A program made the position numbers and the translations under genes. Shown one piece after another: positions 38,995 to 48,462 of a stretch of DNA of 64,000 nucleotides. The notes below the pieces were generated by a model. That model saw only the letters and a list, made by a program, of their open reading frames with translations. It ran no database searches and was not told the origin of the DNA. Location: positions 186,001 to 250,000 of IMG/VR virus record IMGVR_UViG_3300048121_001678; one strand, written 5' to 3'. How positions within the stretch are numbered: position 1 is the stretch's first letter; each line of letters starts with the position of its first letter.

Positions 38995-39243
38995 TTACTT
39001 TGTAAGTTTTTCGTATTTAAACTTCTTAGATATCTCAGTATTAAAATATCTACCCTGTGATTCTGATAGTCTAAATTTAGTGTAAACTTTGTGTGGTACG
39101 TCTTCGTACTTATACTCTGTACCGTTTTTAAAGGTAACGGTTAAGGTCTTTTCTTCTAAATGATAAACGGTTTTACTAAGATTGGAAGAATTAATCTCAT
39201 TGATGATTTGTTTACCTACGATTTTTTCACTTTTGATTGCCAT
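38995..39243 (-). CDS. KTSC domain protein
   Basis: SSNL..VY...LTVTFKNG..Y.YEDVP......SESQGRYFN. Confidence 0.85.
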   Translation of the reverse strand: MAIKSEKIVGKQIINEINSSNLSKTVYHLEEKTLTVTFKNGTEYKYEDVPHKVYTKFRLSESQGRYFNTEISKKFKYEKLTK

Positions 39244-39244
39244 A

Positions 39245-39541
39245 TTATAAAGGATATTTTTCTTCTAATTTAGACAATTTTCTTGAAATGTAACTATCGA
39301 AGTTATCTTCCATTTCATCACTCCACATTCCGTATTTCTTTAGTTCGTTCCTTGAGTTTTGTATTTTATTGATAAGTTTGTCTCTTAACATAAAAACCTC
39401 AACGGGTGCTTTTGAAATACTGGTTAAATCCTCCTCTTTAAATCCTGCGTCACTAAGAGAACATCTCAACTGAGCAAATGTGGATTCTATAGATTCCATA
39501 TCACCAAACTTTGTTATATATTCTAACCACGGTTCTCTCAT
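39245..39541 (-). CDS. hypothetical protein
   Basis: ATG at 39541 just behind TATTTAT (39546-39552). Confidence 0.65.
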   Translation of the reverse strand: MREPWLEYITKFGDMESIESTFAQLRCSLSDAGFKEEDLTSISKAPVEVFMLRDKLINKIQNSRNELKKYGMWSDEMEDNFDSYISRKLSKLEEKYPL

Positions 39542-39586
39542 ACCAATAAATATAAAAAAACCCCGATTTCTCAGGGTTTTTAACAT

Positions 39587-39940
39587 TTACGACTCTAATT
39601 TTTTAATTTCGTCTCTTATTTTAATTGAACTTTCAAAGTCTTCCTTATCAATTGACTCTTGAAGTTTTAATTTCAACTCCCTGATTTTTTCTCCGTTCTT
39701 CTCGATAGATTTAATTTTATCTCGAAACTCAACAGCCGATTCAAAATCTTGTTTTTCAACCGCATCCTGAAGTTTATTGTTAAGAATTGTTAGTTCATCA
39801 TTTGTTTGATTATCACCATTAAGGGAATATGTGAAATAAACCTGATTAGGACCTACTTTATAATAAGTTGGTTTTTGATTGTCAAATAAAGATTCGAACT
39901 CTCTTAAAAATTGGTCAAACATACTTTTTTTGTTAAACAT
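39587..39940 (-). CDS. tandem UvrB/UvrC (UVR) motif protein
   Basis: LQDAVEKQDFESAVEFRDKIK and LQESIDKEDFESSIKIRDEIK. Confidence 0.85.
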   Translation of the reverse strand: MFNKKSMFDQFLREFESLFDNQKPTYYKVGPNQVYFTYSLNGDNQTNDELTILNNKLQDAVEKQDFESAVEFRDKIKSIEKNGEKIRELKLKLQESIDKEDFESSIKIRDEIKKLES

Positions 39941-40020
39941 AGTGTTAAATTTAAAAATTTTATTATCTTTGTGTTTAAATAAGTAAAAAACGTACCATTT
40001 CAAAAAAACTGATTATACAA

Positions 40021-40033
40021 TGACATAATGTCA
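40021..40033. promoter_or_regulatory. palindromic operator/enhancer-like site TGACA-N3-TGTCA
   Basis: Perfect inverted repeat between the divergent UVR and clpC genes; extra TGACA at 40052. Confidence 0.5.
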
Positions 40034-40130
40034 GTTAAATTAAATAAAACCTGACAATTTTAGTATTCATGTTTTTTGTAAGGTAAAATGTCTTATATTT
40101 GTAGTAACATAAAAAAACAAAAAATAGATT

Positions 40131-42146
40131 ATGATAGAATCAGTTGACCCGAACGATAGTTCAAAAGGAAAGAAAGATAGATTACCTAAGTCTGGTACAC
40201 CAGTATTAGACAACTTTTCACGTGATTTAATTAAACATGCAGAACAAGGTAAGTTAGACCCTGTTGTTGGTCGTGACCGTGAAATTGAGCGTATTGCACA
40301 AATCCTCTCTCGTAGAAAGAAAAATAACCCTATTATCATTGGTGAACCAGGTTGTGGTAAGACAGCAATCATTGAGGGATTGGCCATGAAAATATATGAA
40401 GGTGATTGTCCTCGTAATTTATCAGATAAACGTATCGTGTCCTTAGATATGACATCAATCGTTGCAGGTACAAAGTATCGTGGACAATTTGAGGAACGTC
40501 TAAAGGTAATCTTAGATGAGTTATACGATAATCCAGATATCATTGTATTCATTGATGAAATACATACTATCATCGGAGCCGGTAACTCATCAGGTTCCTT
40601 AGATGCCTCAAATATCTTTAAACCGGCACTTGCACGTGGTGAACTACAATGTGTTGGTGCAACTACACTCGATGAGTATCGTGAAAATATTGAAAAAGAT
40701 GGAGCGTTAGAACGTCGTTTTCAGAAGGTTATGGTTGATGGGGCATCACCTGAAGAAACAATGATTATCTTACAGAATCTTAAATCACGTTACGAATCAC
40801 ATCATAAGGTATCTTACTCAGATGACTCTTTAGAAGCGTGTGTGTACTTAGCTGACCGTTACATTACTGACAGAGCATTTCCAGATAAAGCAATCGATAT
40901 TTTAGATGAGGTTGGTGCTCGTAGTCAAATCTCCGTGAAATTACCTGAAGAAATTGAAAAACTTAAAGACGAGGCAAATGTCATTAAATTGGAGAAAATC
41001 GATGTAGTTAAAGCACAGGACTATGAGAAAGCAGCACACCTTAGAGATAAGGAAAAGAAAATCCTTAAAGAATTGGATAAAGTTAAAATTGAGTTTGAAA
41101 ATAAGCAAGATGAGGAACGTAAACCAATTACTGAAGATATGGTATATGAAGTTGTCGCAAATATGACTAAAATACCTGTATCTAAACTTAATCAAAACGA
41201 AATGGAAGGATTGTTAGATTTAGAAAACAACCTTAATCAAACGGTAATTGGTCAAGAACCTGCAGTTAAGAAGATTTCTAAAGCAATACGTAGAAACCGT
41301 GTCGGTATTAAAGACCCAAGTCGCCCAATCGGTTCATTCATCTTCTTAGGTTCCACAGGTGTAGGTAAAACACACTTAGCTAAAAAATTGGCAAAAGAAA
41401 TTTTTGGAGATGAAGAGGCACTGATTAGAGTAGATATGTCTGAATACCAAGAAAAGTATACGATGTCACGTCTTATTGGTTCCCCTCCAGGTTATGTAGG
41501 TCATCAAGAAGGTGGACAACTAACTGAGAAAGTTAAAAATAAACCATATTCAGTAGTACTGTTTGATGAGATTGAAAAGGCAAATAAAGACATCTTCTCA
41601 CTTCTATTACAAGTTTTAGATGACGGTCACCTAACCGATAGTTTCGGTCGTAAAATCAACTTCAAAAACTGTTTAATTATTATGACATCAAACTTAGGTG
41701 TTAAGAAACTACAGGATTTCGGTGCAGGTGTTGGGTTTGACACAACTGCAAGAATTAGTGGTGACGAGGACCTTAAAAAGGCTCTTTTACAAAAAGAACT
41801 TAAGAATCACTTCACACCTGAATTCTTAAATCGATTAGATGAAGTAATTGTGTTCAACCCACTAAAAGAAAACGAAGTACGTCAGATTGTAGATATTGAG
41901 TTATCAAAACTAAATCAACGTTTAGAGAGGCTTGGGTATCACATTAACTTTACTGATGAAATTAAAACCATGTTAGGTGAAGTAGGTTATGATGAGAAAT
42001 ATGGGGCAAGACCAATCAAAAGAGCTATCCAAGAAAAGATTGAGGATTACATCTCTGAGGAAGTACTACGTCAAAATATCAAAATCGGACGTAACTACGA
42101 ACTTAAGTTTGTAGATGAAGAAGTGAAAATTGAGGAGGGGGGTTAA
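40131..42146 (+). CDS. clpC: ClpC-type AAA+ unfoldase lacking the N-domain
   Basis: GEPGCGKT/FIDEIH, UVR-like M-domain, GSTGVGKT/LFDEIEKA, GVGF ClpP-docking loop; TATATTTG at 40094. Confidence 0.9.
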   Translation: MIESVDPNDSSKGKKDRLPKSGTPVLDNFSRDLIKHAEQGKLDPVVGRDREIERIAQILSRRKKNNPIIIGEPGCGKTAIIEGLAMKIYEGDCPRNLSDKRIVSLDMTSIVAGTKYRGQFEERLKVILDELYDNPDIIVFIDEIHTIIGAGNSSGSLDASNIFKPALARGELQCVGATTLDEYRENIEKDGALERRFQKVMVDGASPEETMIILQNLKSRYESHHKVSYSDDSLEACVYLADRYITDRAFPDKAIDILDEVGARSQISVKLPEEIEKLKDEANVIKLEKIDVVKAQDYEKAAHLRDKEKKILKELDKVKIEFENKQDEERKPITEDMVYEVVANMTKIPVSKLNQNEMEGLLDLENNLNQTVIGQEPAVKKISKAIRRNRVGIKDPSRPIGSFIFLGSTGVGKTHLAKKLAKEIFGDEEALIRVDMSEYQEKYTMSRLIGSPPGYVGHQEGGQLTEKVKNKPYSVVLFDEIEKANKDIFSLLLQVLDDGHLTDSFGRKINFKNCLIIMTSNLGVKKLQDFGAGVGFDTTARISGDEDLKKALLQKELKNHFTPEFLNRLDEVIVFNPLKENEVRQIVDIELSKLNQRLERLGYHINFTDEIKTMLGEVGYDEKYGARPIKRAIQEKIEDYISEEVLRQNIKIGRNYELKFVDEEVKIEEGG

Positions 42147-42162
42147 ATAAAACCCCTTCCTA

Positions 42163-42194
42163 TTTGGAAAAACAAAATATAGTTATTATATTTG
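42163..42194 (+). promoter_or_regulatory. Bacteroidota-type promoter
   Basis: TTTG-N20-TATATTTG. Confidence 0.75.
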
Positions 42195-42211
42195 TATCAA
42201 ATAATTAAGAA

Positions 42212-43291
42212 ATGGAAAATAAAACAGTAGAAAGATTTAAAGAACTCTTATCCGTACCTTCAAAAACATACGAAGAGGACCAAATGGTAGAATACATATC
42301 ATCGGTACTAGATAGTATTGAGGGAGTCGAGTACTACACTGATGAGATGAATAACATCTACGCAACAAAACGACAAAGTGGATTTCGTGGTAAATTTCCA
42401 ATGTTTGTTGCTCATACTGACACTGTCCATAACTTAGTACCCGAAATCATTGTTGAGGAAAAAACACTTCCCAAACCACCAACATTTGGACGAACTTTTG
42501 ATGAAACTCAATACGACGTTCTAAAGGCCTATACCCCTGATGGTAACCCAACAGGTATTGGCGGTGACGATAAGTGTGGTATCTTCATTTGTTTGGAACT
42601 ACTACGAACACTATCAAATGTAAAAGTAGGACTATTCGTTTCTGAAGAAACGGGGTGTCACGGTTCAAGTAAATGTGATGTAAAATTCCTCAACGATGTA
42701 GGGTATATTGTACAATACGACGCACCCGGTAACCATCTTATTACTGAGTTATGTTCGGGTATCCGCCTATTTGAGGAAAAAGGGGATTTTATTAACCGAG
42801 CACTACCTGTAATTGAGAGAACCATGGAAACAAATATGGAATTACAATCTCACCCATACACTGACGTTTCACAACTGAAGAAAAAGAGTGATGTATCCTG
42901 TATTAATATTTCTTGTGGGTATTACGAGATGCACAGCTCAAATGAGTTTATCGTATTGGATGATGTAGATAAATCCATCAGAACAGGGATTAACTTAGTC
43001 AACGAGTTCGGATACGAAAAGCAAGAATACGCCTACGAACCACCAGTATACTCTTATGGGGGTTTGTTTAATCTTGATGATGTAGAAAATGACTTAGATG
43101 ATTGGGACGAATCCCTGTTAGATGGATTAAGTGACACTTTCGATTTAGAAGATAATGTGGTTGAGTTCGAATTTGGTGGAATAACTATTCAGAGCAAACA
43201 TACAGATGACACCATTTATATGGATGAATCTGACTCGGTAAAACTCTATGAACTTATCAGAGAAAATCTACTACTCAAAGGGGTCGAATAA
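42212..43291 (+). CDS. M20/M28 family Zn metallopeptidase
   Basis: AHTDTVH, GGDDKCG, EETGCHGS, QYD, YYEMH. Confidence 0.8.
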   Translation: MENKTVERFKELLSVPSKTYEEDQMVEYISSVLDSIEGVEYYTDEMNNIYATKRQSGFRGKFPMFVAHTDTVHNLVPEIIVEEKTLPKPPTFGRTFDETQYDVLKAYTPDGNPTGIGGDDKCGIFICLELLRTLSNVKVGLFVSEETGCHGSSKCDVKFLNDVGYIVQYDAPGNHLITELCSGIRLFEEKGDFINRALPVIERTMETNMELQSHPYTDVSQLKKKSDVSCINISCGYYEMHSSNEFIVLDDVDKSIRTGINLVNEFGYEKQEYAYEPPVYSYGGLFNLDDVENDLDDWDESLLDGLSDTFDLEDNVVEFEFGGITIQSKHTDDTIYMDESDSVKLYELIRENLLLKGVE

Positions 43292-45127
43292 CTGGTAGTT
43301 ACTCATCATTGACAAAAGAGAGGAAAGTTTCGACTTTCCTTTTTTTGTTTCAAAAGAATCTGTTTCAGGGTTATACCTATTAAGTGTGAACATAACCTTA
43401 TTAGTTTCAGGGTCTACACGGTCAACCTTAACATTTATATTATCCGTAGTTGGTATCTTTCTATATTTTCCGAAGTCACCGAATTTTTCTTTGACTTGTC
43501 CAATTATTTCTAAGTTTTTGTCAAAATCTAAAAAGAACTCGGCGTCATTTAATTTTTCCCACTCCTTTTCAAGTATAAAATCCAAATCACTATCAAACAT
43601 AGTCCTAAATGATTTATCATCAAAATGACCGTACACTAAATCAGTTGGGTAGTCAATAGGGAACGATACATTATTTGAAACGACTTCTTTTAACATATCA
43701 GATAAGTTTAAATCAGTAAGGTATTCACTGGATTCATATAATTTTATTAAATCAGATAAGTCGATATTGTACTCATAAAAACAATTTGAGCTGTCTTTAC
43801 TTTCAAAGCCAATGTCAGAAAGTAAGTCACATAAAAGACTACTAAACTCCTCCTGTGCGGCAATTATCATACCTTCGTTCATTGCCATAGAATAGGTTTC
43901 CCCTAGTGAATCCATAAATGAATCATCTAAATTATCAGACATAAATTTTGATATTTTCTTATCATCACCATCTTCTATGATATATTTTCCATTTTCATCC
44001 TTTATTAATTTGGAAATTTCAGGATTATAAACCTCAATGATTTCTTTTAAGATTGATAACTGTTCGTTGTTAAAGTAATTTAATACGTATCCATCACTGA
44101 AGTCTTCATCAAAATTATATGAATCATAAAGGTCTAATTCAGAACCATAAGGTGGGTCAATAACTGTACCAATGAAACTTAAATCATTTTCATCAACATC
44201 CTCTTCAAATAAATTTAAAAAGTCATAAATACCATCAAATTTAATATTAACATCATAATTATCATCACCTGATTTTTTTATTCCACCTAAATGGGGACTT
44301 TGTATTCTTCCTCTCACGTGGTCAATTTTACCTTCTAATATACCTTTTAGTGTTTCGTAATGTTTGTTTCCCTTAACCAATTTTCTAATTTCTTCTTGAA
44401 TCGGTGAAAACCTATCTAATAATACATCAACACTTCTAATACCGTCTCTTTGGTCATATACTTCCGTTTTACCGTCGTTTCTAACTAATAATGCCATCTT
44501 ACCCCATGTTGAGTCATTCGATTTCTTATCGATTATGTAATATAGGTTTCCTTCATCGGAGTATTTGTCAAAATATCTAGTGTCTCCTTTACTGGTGGTA
44601 CACCATTTTGTGTTTCGACCATAATAACATGATGCCCCGTGAGTGTATGGTTGAACAATTAAAAATCTATTGTCTTCATATATCCTATCAGACTCGTTTT
44701 TGGCTCCCCTTTCTTTTTCTTTTTGAACATTTCTTAAATATACTGCGTTTAAAACCGCTTGAAGTCCCCAAATAGAATCGTATTTATTAATATCTTTAGG
44801 ACCATTCAGAATCTTATTACCGTTTACCAATGATGAAGTAGTTTCGGCATATGTGATATCTTCAGGTGTGATGGATGATGACAACTTATGGAACTTTTCA
44901 ATAAGTTCAATGAAAAGATTTACATTGTCGGCAATTGAATATGTTAGTGGGTTTCCCAAACCAATCATTTGTTTAATCATCCACTCAGAGTATTTTTTTG
45001 TTGGTGATGGGTCACCATCAATAAGTTTTTCTAGTAACTCAACCGCATCGACAAATGTTTCAGTATCTTTGTACTTATCAATTAAGGTTTCTTTCTTACC
45101 CTCAAGTAAAATGTTGATGAATTTCAT
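43271..45127 (-). CDS. large hypothetical late protein (ASCYYG..TKWCT domain)
   Basis: 618-aa ORF with INILLE leader and TATTTAT at 45141-45147. Confidence 0.7.
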   Translation of the reverse strand: MKFINILLEGKKETLIDKYKDTETFVDAVELLEKLIDGDPSPTKKYSEWMIKQMIGLGNPLTYSIADNVNLFIELIEKFHKLSSSITPEDITYAETTSSLVNGNKILNGPKDINKYDSIWGLQAVLNAVYLRNVQKEKERGAKNESDRIYEDNRFLIVQPYTHGASCYYGRNTKWCTTSKGDTRYFDKYSDEGNLYYIIDKKSNDSTWGKMALLVRNDGKTEVYDQRDGIRSVDVLLDRFSPIQEEIRKLVKGNKHYETLKGILEGKIDHVRGRIQSPHLGGIKKSGDDNYDVNIKFDGIYDFLNLFEEDVDENDLSFIGTVIDPPYGSELDLYDSYNFDEDFSDGYVLNYFNNEQLSILKEIIEVYNPEISKLIKDENGKYIIEDGDDKKISKFMSDNLDDSFMDSLGETYSMAMNEGMIIAAQEEFSSLLCDLLSDIGFESKDSSNCFYEYNIDLSDLIKLYESSEYLTDLNLSDMLKEVVSNNVSFPIDYPTDLVYGHFDDKSFRTMFDSDLDFILEKEWEKLNDAEFFLDFDKNLEIIGQVKEKFGDFGKYRKIPTTDNINVKVDRVDPETNKVMFTLNRYNPETDSFETKKGKSKLSSLLSMMSNYQLFDPFE

Positions 45128-45132
45128 AAAAA

Positions 45133-45189
45133 CTTTTACTATAAATACTTGATAGTTTGGATAATTAACAAATAAGCCTTATATTTGAA
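45133..45189. promoter_or_regulatory. bidirectional late/early promoter cassette, copy 1
   Basis: Minus-strand TATTTAT plus plus-strand TTTG-N20-TATATTTG; closely similar to 46608-46664. Confidence 0.75.
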
Positions 45190-45191
45190 CT

Positions 45192-45428
45192 ATGAAAGAA
45201 ATTAAATTTATAAAAGACATAATGAAGAATCTATTTTTACCTCTGTTAGTATTGTTACTAATTGTTTCTTGTAGTACTAAAAATAACTCGACTATTAATG
45301 AATCAAACATTAACGATACTACTAACCAAACCATCATTTTAGTTAATGATACTCCAAGAGTAGTAATTGATACCGTGGCGGTACTTAATGATGACGGGAC
45401 CGTTGAATATTTTTACACTTACAAATAG
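45192..45428 (+). CDS. small lipoprotein
   Basis: MKNLFLPLLVLLLIVS-C lipobox. Confidence 0.7.
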   Translation: MKEIKFIKDIMKNLFLPLLVLLLIVSCSTKNNSTINESNINDTTNQTIILVNDTPRVVIDTVAVLNDDGTVEYFYTYK

Positions 45429-45437
45429 AAATACAAT

Positions 45438-46598
45438 CTATTTCCCTAATTTGTAATTACCCTGATTAGTTTTTTTGGTTGCTCTTCCACCTCCACTTGC
45501 CTTTCCGTAATTAACACCATTTATGTGACCATCCAAACCTCTACCTATTGGTAAATAAGTTTTTGGTTTAACTTGACTTATAAATGATTCAGACTTTTCA
45601 GGGTAATTCTCATCCAAATATATTTTAATACGTTTTTTATATTCATCTACAAGATAGTTAACAATATCATTATTAAATTTTTTATATATATCTTGATAAT
45701 AGTTTTCATTATGTCTTTTTGATTGTAAATCTGTATTTTTTAGTTTTGGTAATTTAGACAAATATGATTGAATAGGTTGAGTATCAATATTACCTAATTT
45801 ATTTGTATCATAATCTTTGTCTGCAAAATTTTTGTCTAAAGATTTAATCAAATTAACAATAATATCTGATATTTGTTTACTATTTTTACCTATGTATTTT
45901 TTGTGCAAATCATCCTTACTCTTAAAACTAGGGTAGTTAGATTTAGAATTAGTAATTATAAAAGAAGCGATATATCTGGCAATGCCGTTAAATGTTATTT
46001 GAGTATTGTTAATTTTAGACGGGTTCCAACTAACCATTCTACTTTCTCTTTTTTCACTAGACATACTAATAACCACCCTGTTTGGCATTTTTACTGTCGT
46101 ATCTGTTTTCATTGCTCTTGCCAGTGCTAGCAATCCATTTTGACAACCAATTATTCTTGTGACTCTATAGAAGATTTTATCACCGTCTTTAATATTATCA
46201 TCTTTATAAAATATGTCAGCATTAATACTTCCAGATTTATTTAGTTTGTAAATTTTACTATCACCCACACGTTTACCTTTTGAGTTTACTGGTGTAACAT
46301 AAAATTGAATAAAATCACCTAATTTAGCATCAGAAGGAGTTGATAATTCAGTAAATAAAGATAAATCTTTTGTTCCCACAAATGTTTTTCTTGCATTTGC
46401 CCATCCTCTCAATTCCCAAAAATTTTTGTAATTACTTTCATTGGCTTTTAATCCGTATTGTGTTAGTACCTTTGGATTAACTATTCTTTCAGGACTAGTA
46501 CTACCTTTAATAGTTTCAAACCCACTTTGTTCATTTAAAATATTTCTCACAATTTTCTGAATATCAGATTCAGTTAAACGTATAATTTTCTTTGCCAT
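45438..46598 (-). CDS. hypothetical basic late protein with IIRLTESDI leader
   Basis: 386-aa ORF; TATTTAT at 46616-46622. Confidence 0.7.
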   Translation of the reverse strand: MAKKIIRLTESDIQKIVRNILNEQSGFETIKGSTSPERIVNPKVLTQYGLKANESNYKNFWELRGWANARKTFVGTKDLSLFTELSTPSDAKLGDFIQFYVTPVNSKGKRVGDSKIYKLNKSGSINADIFYKDDNIKDGDKIFYRVTRIIGCQNGLLALARAMKTDTTVKMPNRVVISMSSEKRESRMVSWNPSKINNTQITFNGIARYIASFIITNSKSNYPSFKSKDDLHKKYIGKNSKQISDIIVNLIKSLDKNFADKDYDTNKLGNIDTQPIQSYLSKLPKLKNTDLQSKRHNENYYQDIYKKFNNDIVNYLVDEYKKRIKIYLDENYPEKSESFISQVKPKTYLPIGRGLDGHINGVNYGKASGGGRATKKTNQGNYKLGK

Positions 46599-46607
46599 GT
46601 TTAAAAT

Positions 46608-46664
46608 CTTTTACTATAAATACTTGACACTTTGGATTATTGATAAATTATACGTATATTTGAA
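46608..46664. promoter_or_regulatory. bidirectional late/early promoter cassette, copy 2
   Basis: CTTTTACTATAAATACTTGA-nnn-TTTGGAT-N17-TATATTTGAA shared with 45133-45189. Confidence 0.75.
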
Positions 46665-46683
46665 TTATAAGCAAATAAACAAT

Positions 46684-47271
46684 ATGAAAAAATTAATCAC
46701 CTCACTTCTGATTTTACTGACATTATCTGTAAACGCCCAATATGATTTAAATTCACACCCACTATTCTCTGATGTATGGAGAATGGAGCAAATTGAATAT
46801 TTTGGTCAACTTACTAATTATTTACTTCCTAAGGACACCACAAAGTCATTTGGTTTTAAAACAAAACATATAGGACCCGCAATTGACCTTGTAAAGGTAA
46901 AGTCGTACCTCGCACAATCATATAAAGAATTTAGAAGTGATTACGGATTATATACACCTGTAGAAGATAAAAAGATGTCTAAACAATGTGAGGTATATTC
47001 AAAGACATTAATTAATAAGGAGGTGTTAAAACATAGTAACTATAAGAATAAGTATTCAGAATGTTTAGGTAATATAAGTTATATGACATTATCACATTTA
47101 GACACTAATAATATAGATATTAACAAAGTTATTGCCGACTGTTTTTTCGATTTGTTTGTTGGTTGTCCCGCACATATGTCAATACTACTAAATGAAAATA
47201 TTTCATCAGTAGGTTTTGGTTTTTCCGAAGAGGCAGGTGGTTTAGTTGTTTGTTTTAGAAGTAAGAAATAA
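46684..47271 (+). CDS. secreted protein with CAP/SCP-like domain
   Basis: Signal peptide MKKLITSLLILLTLSVNA-Q; LKHS...SEC...CPAHMSILLN...VGFG. Confidence 0.6.
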   Translation: MKKLITSLLILLTLSVNAQYDLNSHPLFSDVWRMEQIEYFGQLTNYLLPKDTTKSFGFKTKHIGPAIDLVKVKSYLAQSYKEFRSDYGLYTPVEDKKMSKQCEVYSKTLINKEVLKHSNYKNKYSECLGNISYMTLSHLDTNNIDINKVIADCFFDLFVGCPAHMSILLNENISSVGFGFSEEAGGLVVCFRSKK

Positions 47272-47299
47272 AAAAAGGAGGGAAAACCCTCCTTTTTTT
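47271..47299. terminator. bidirectional terminator
   Basis: AAAAAAGGAGGG-AAAA-CCCTCCTTTTTTT. Confidence 0.85.
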
Positions 47300-47305
47300 A
47301 TTAGT

Positions 47306-48373
47306 TTAATCAAATGCTGGACAAAGTGTTTGACTTGGTCTACGTCGTTTAGATTTGTTTTTGGATTTTTTAATCCATGTATATAATGGTATTTTAATAG
47401 ATATACCTTTAGTTCTTCTCTGGAATGTAACTTTATATAGTTTGGTTGTCAGTGTTTCTTCACCCCCGTCTTTCCCTGGTGATGGAGGTTTATTTAGAAC
47501 AACCTGAATATCAACATTTAAATATTTATAAGGTTCATATTTAGACTTATCAGAGCCTTTTTTCCATTCAGGTCCTGATGTTCCATCACCATTTTGACCT
47601 TTATAGTTTTGAGTGATTACCGTATTTGAATCAGTTATAACACCTAAGGAGTTTAATTGAGATTCTATATATTTTAATGCACTATCATTCCTTAATTTAG
47701 ATAACTCCTTAAACGTATATGTTTTACCGTCAGGAGATTGAGTATTAGGTATTCTCGATGCCGAAGTATCAACATTTAAATTTTTTAAGTACATTTTAGG
47801 TTTACCCTCTAAGCTCTTCATTGATTCTAATTGAGTTTTAATTGGGTCAATAACATCTTTTTTAAATTGCTCTTTAAAATATGGTGTAGTTTCATAGTAA
47901 TTATCGACAAAGAAATCTGAAGAAGGTGAATTATTCGCTGGAAAAACTACTGGTAACGAAGGATACACTTTAGGTTCTCCAGGTACTTTTTCAGTTCTTT
48001 CACCCGCATTACTACAGTACACTCTATTCCATTTATTTTCCGGATAAGTTTCGTTGAATGACTCAACCGTTGCCACCGCTAAATCTATTTGATTTTTCTT
48101 AATTTCTTCCCACTTAGTTCGACTTGTTTTTGTCATCAGAGAAACCATTACATTCGCCTCAGGTCCGTTAACAAACTCTTCCCATTGTTCTTCTGAAAGT
48201 TCTGGTTGTACATTACCTTGTTTTAATGTTTTTTTATCTTTAGTTTTGGATTTAATAATTTGAACACGCTTAGTTCCCACACGTCTCAATTGTTCATTAT
48301 ACTCTTGTTCTTCAAGTACCTTTCTAACCATATTCTCCAAATCAGATTCAGATATTTTTACTACTTTCCTCAT
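47306..48373 (-). CDS. hypothetical late protein with VKISESDL leader, possibly OmpA-C-like domain
   Basis: ATG at 48373; VDTSASRIPN...LSKLRNDSALKYI. Confidence 0.6.
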   Translation of the reverse strand: MRKVVKISESDLENMVRKVLEEQEYNEQLRRVGTKRVQIIKSKTKDKKTLKQGNVQPELSEEQWEEFVNGPEANVMVSLMTKTSRTKWEEIKKNQIDLAVATVESFNETYPENKWNRVYCSNAGERTEKVPGEPKVYPSLPVVFPANNSPSSDFFVDNYYETTPYFKEQFKKDVIDPIKTQLESMKSLEGKPKMYLKNLNVDTSASRIPNTQSPDGKTYTFKELSKLRNDSALKYIESQLNSLGVITDSNTVITQNYKGQNGDGTSGPEWKKGSDKSKYEPYKYLNVDIQVVLNKPPSPGKDGGEETLTTKLYKVTFQRRTKGISIKIPLYTWIKKSKNKSKRRRPSQTLCPAFD

Positions 48374-48401
48374 AATGCTACGTTTTATTAATGATAAATA
48401 G

Positions 48402-48458
48402 TTTGTTATTAGAAAAAAAGTATTTATATTTGTACTCAGAAACAAAAGTTCTTTGAAA
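48402..48458 (+). promoter_or_regulatory. tmRNA promoter plus boxA-like element
   Basis: TTTG-N19-TATATTTG followed by GTTCTTTGAAA. Confidence 0.7.
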
Positions 48459-48462
48459 TTAT

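Noticed and set aside
40067-40573. 168-aa minus-strand ORF
   Set aside because: Lies antisense to the highly conserved AAA-1 domain of clpC; a typical shadow ORF
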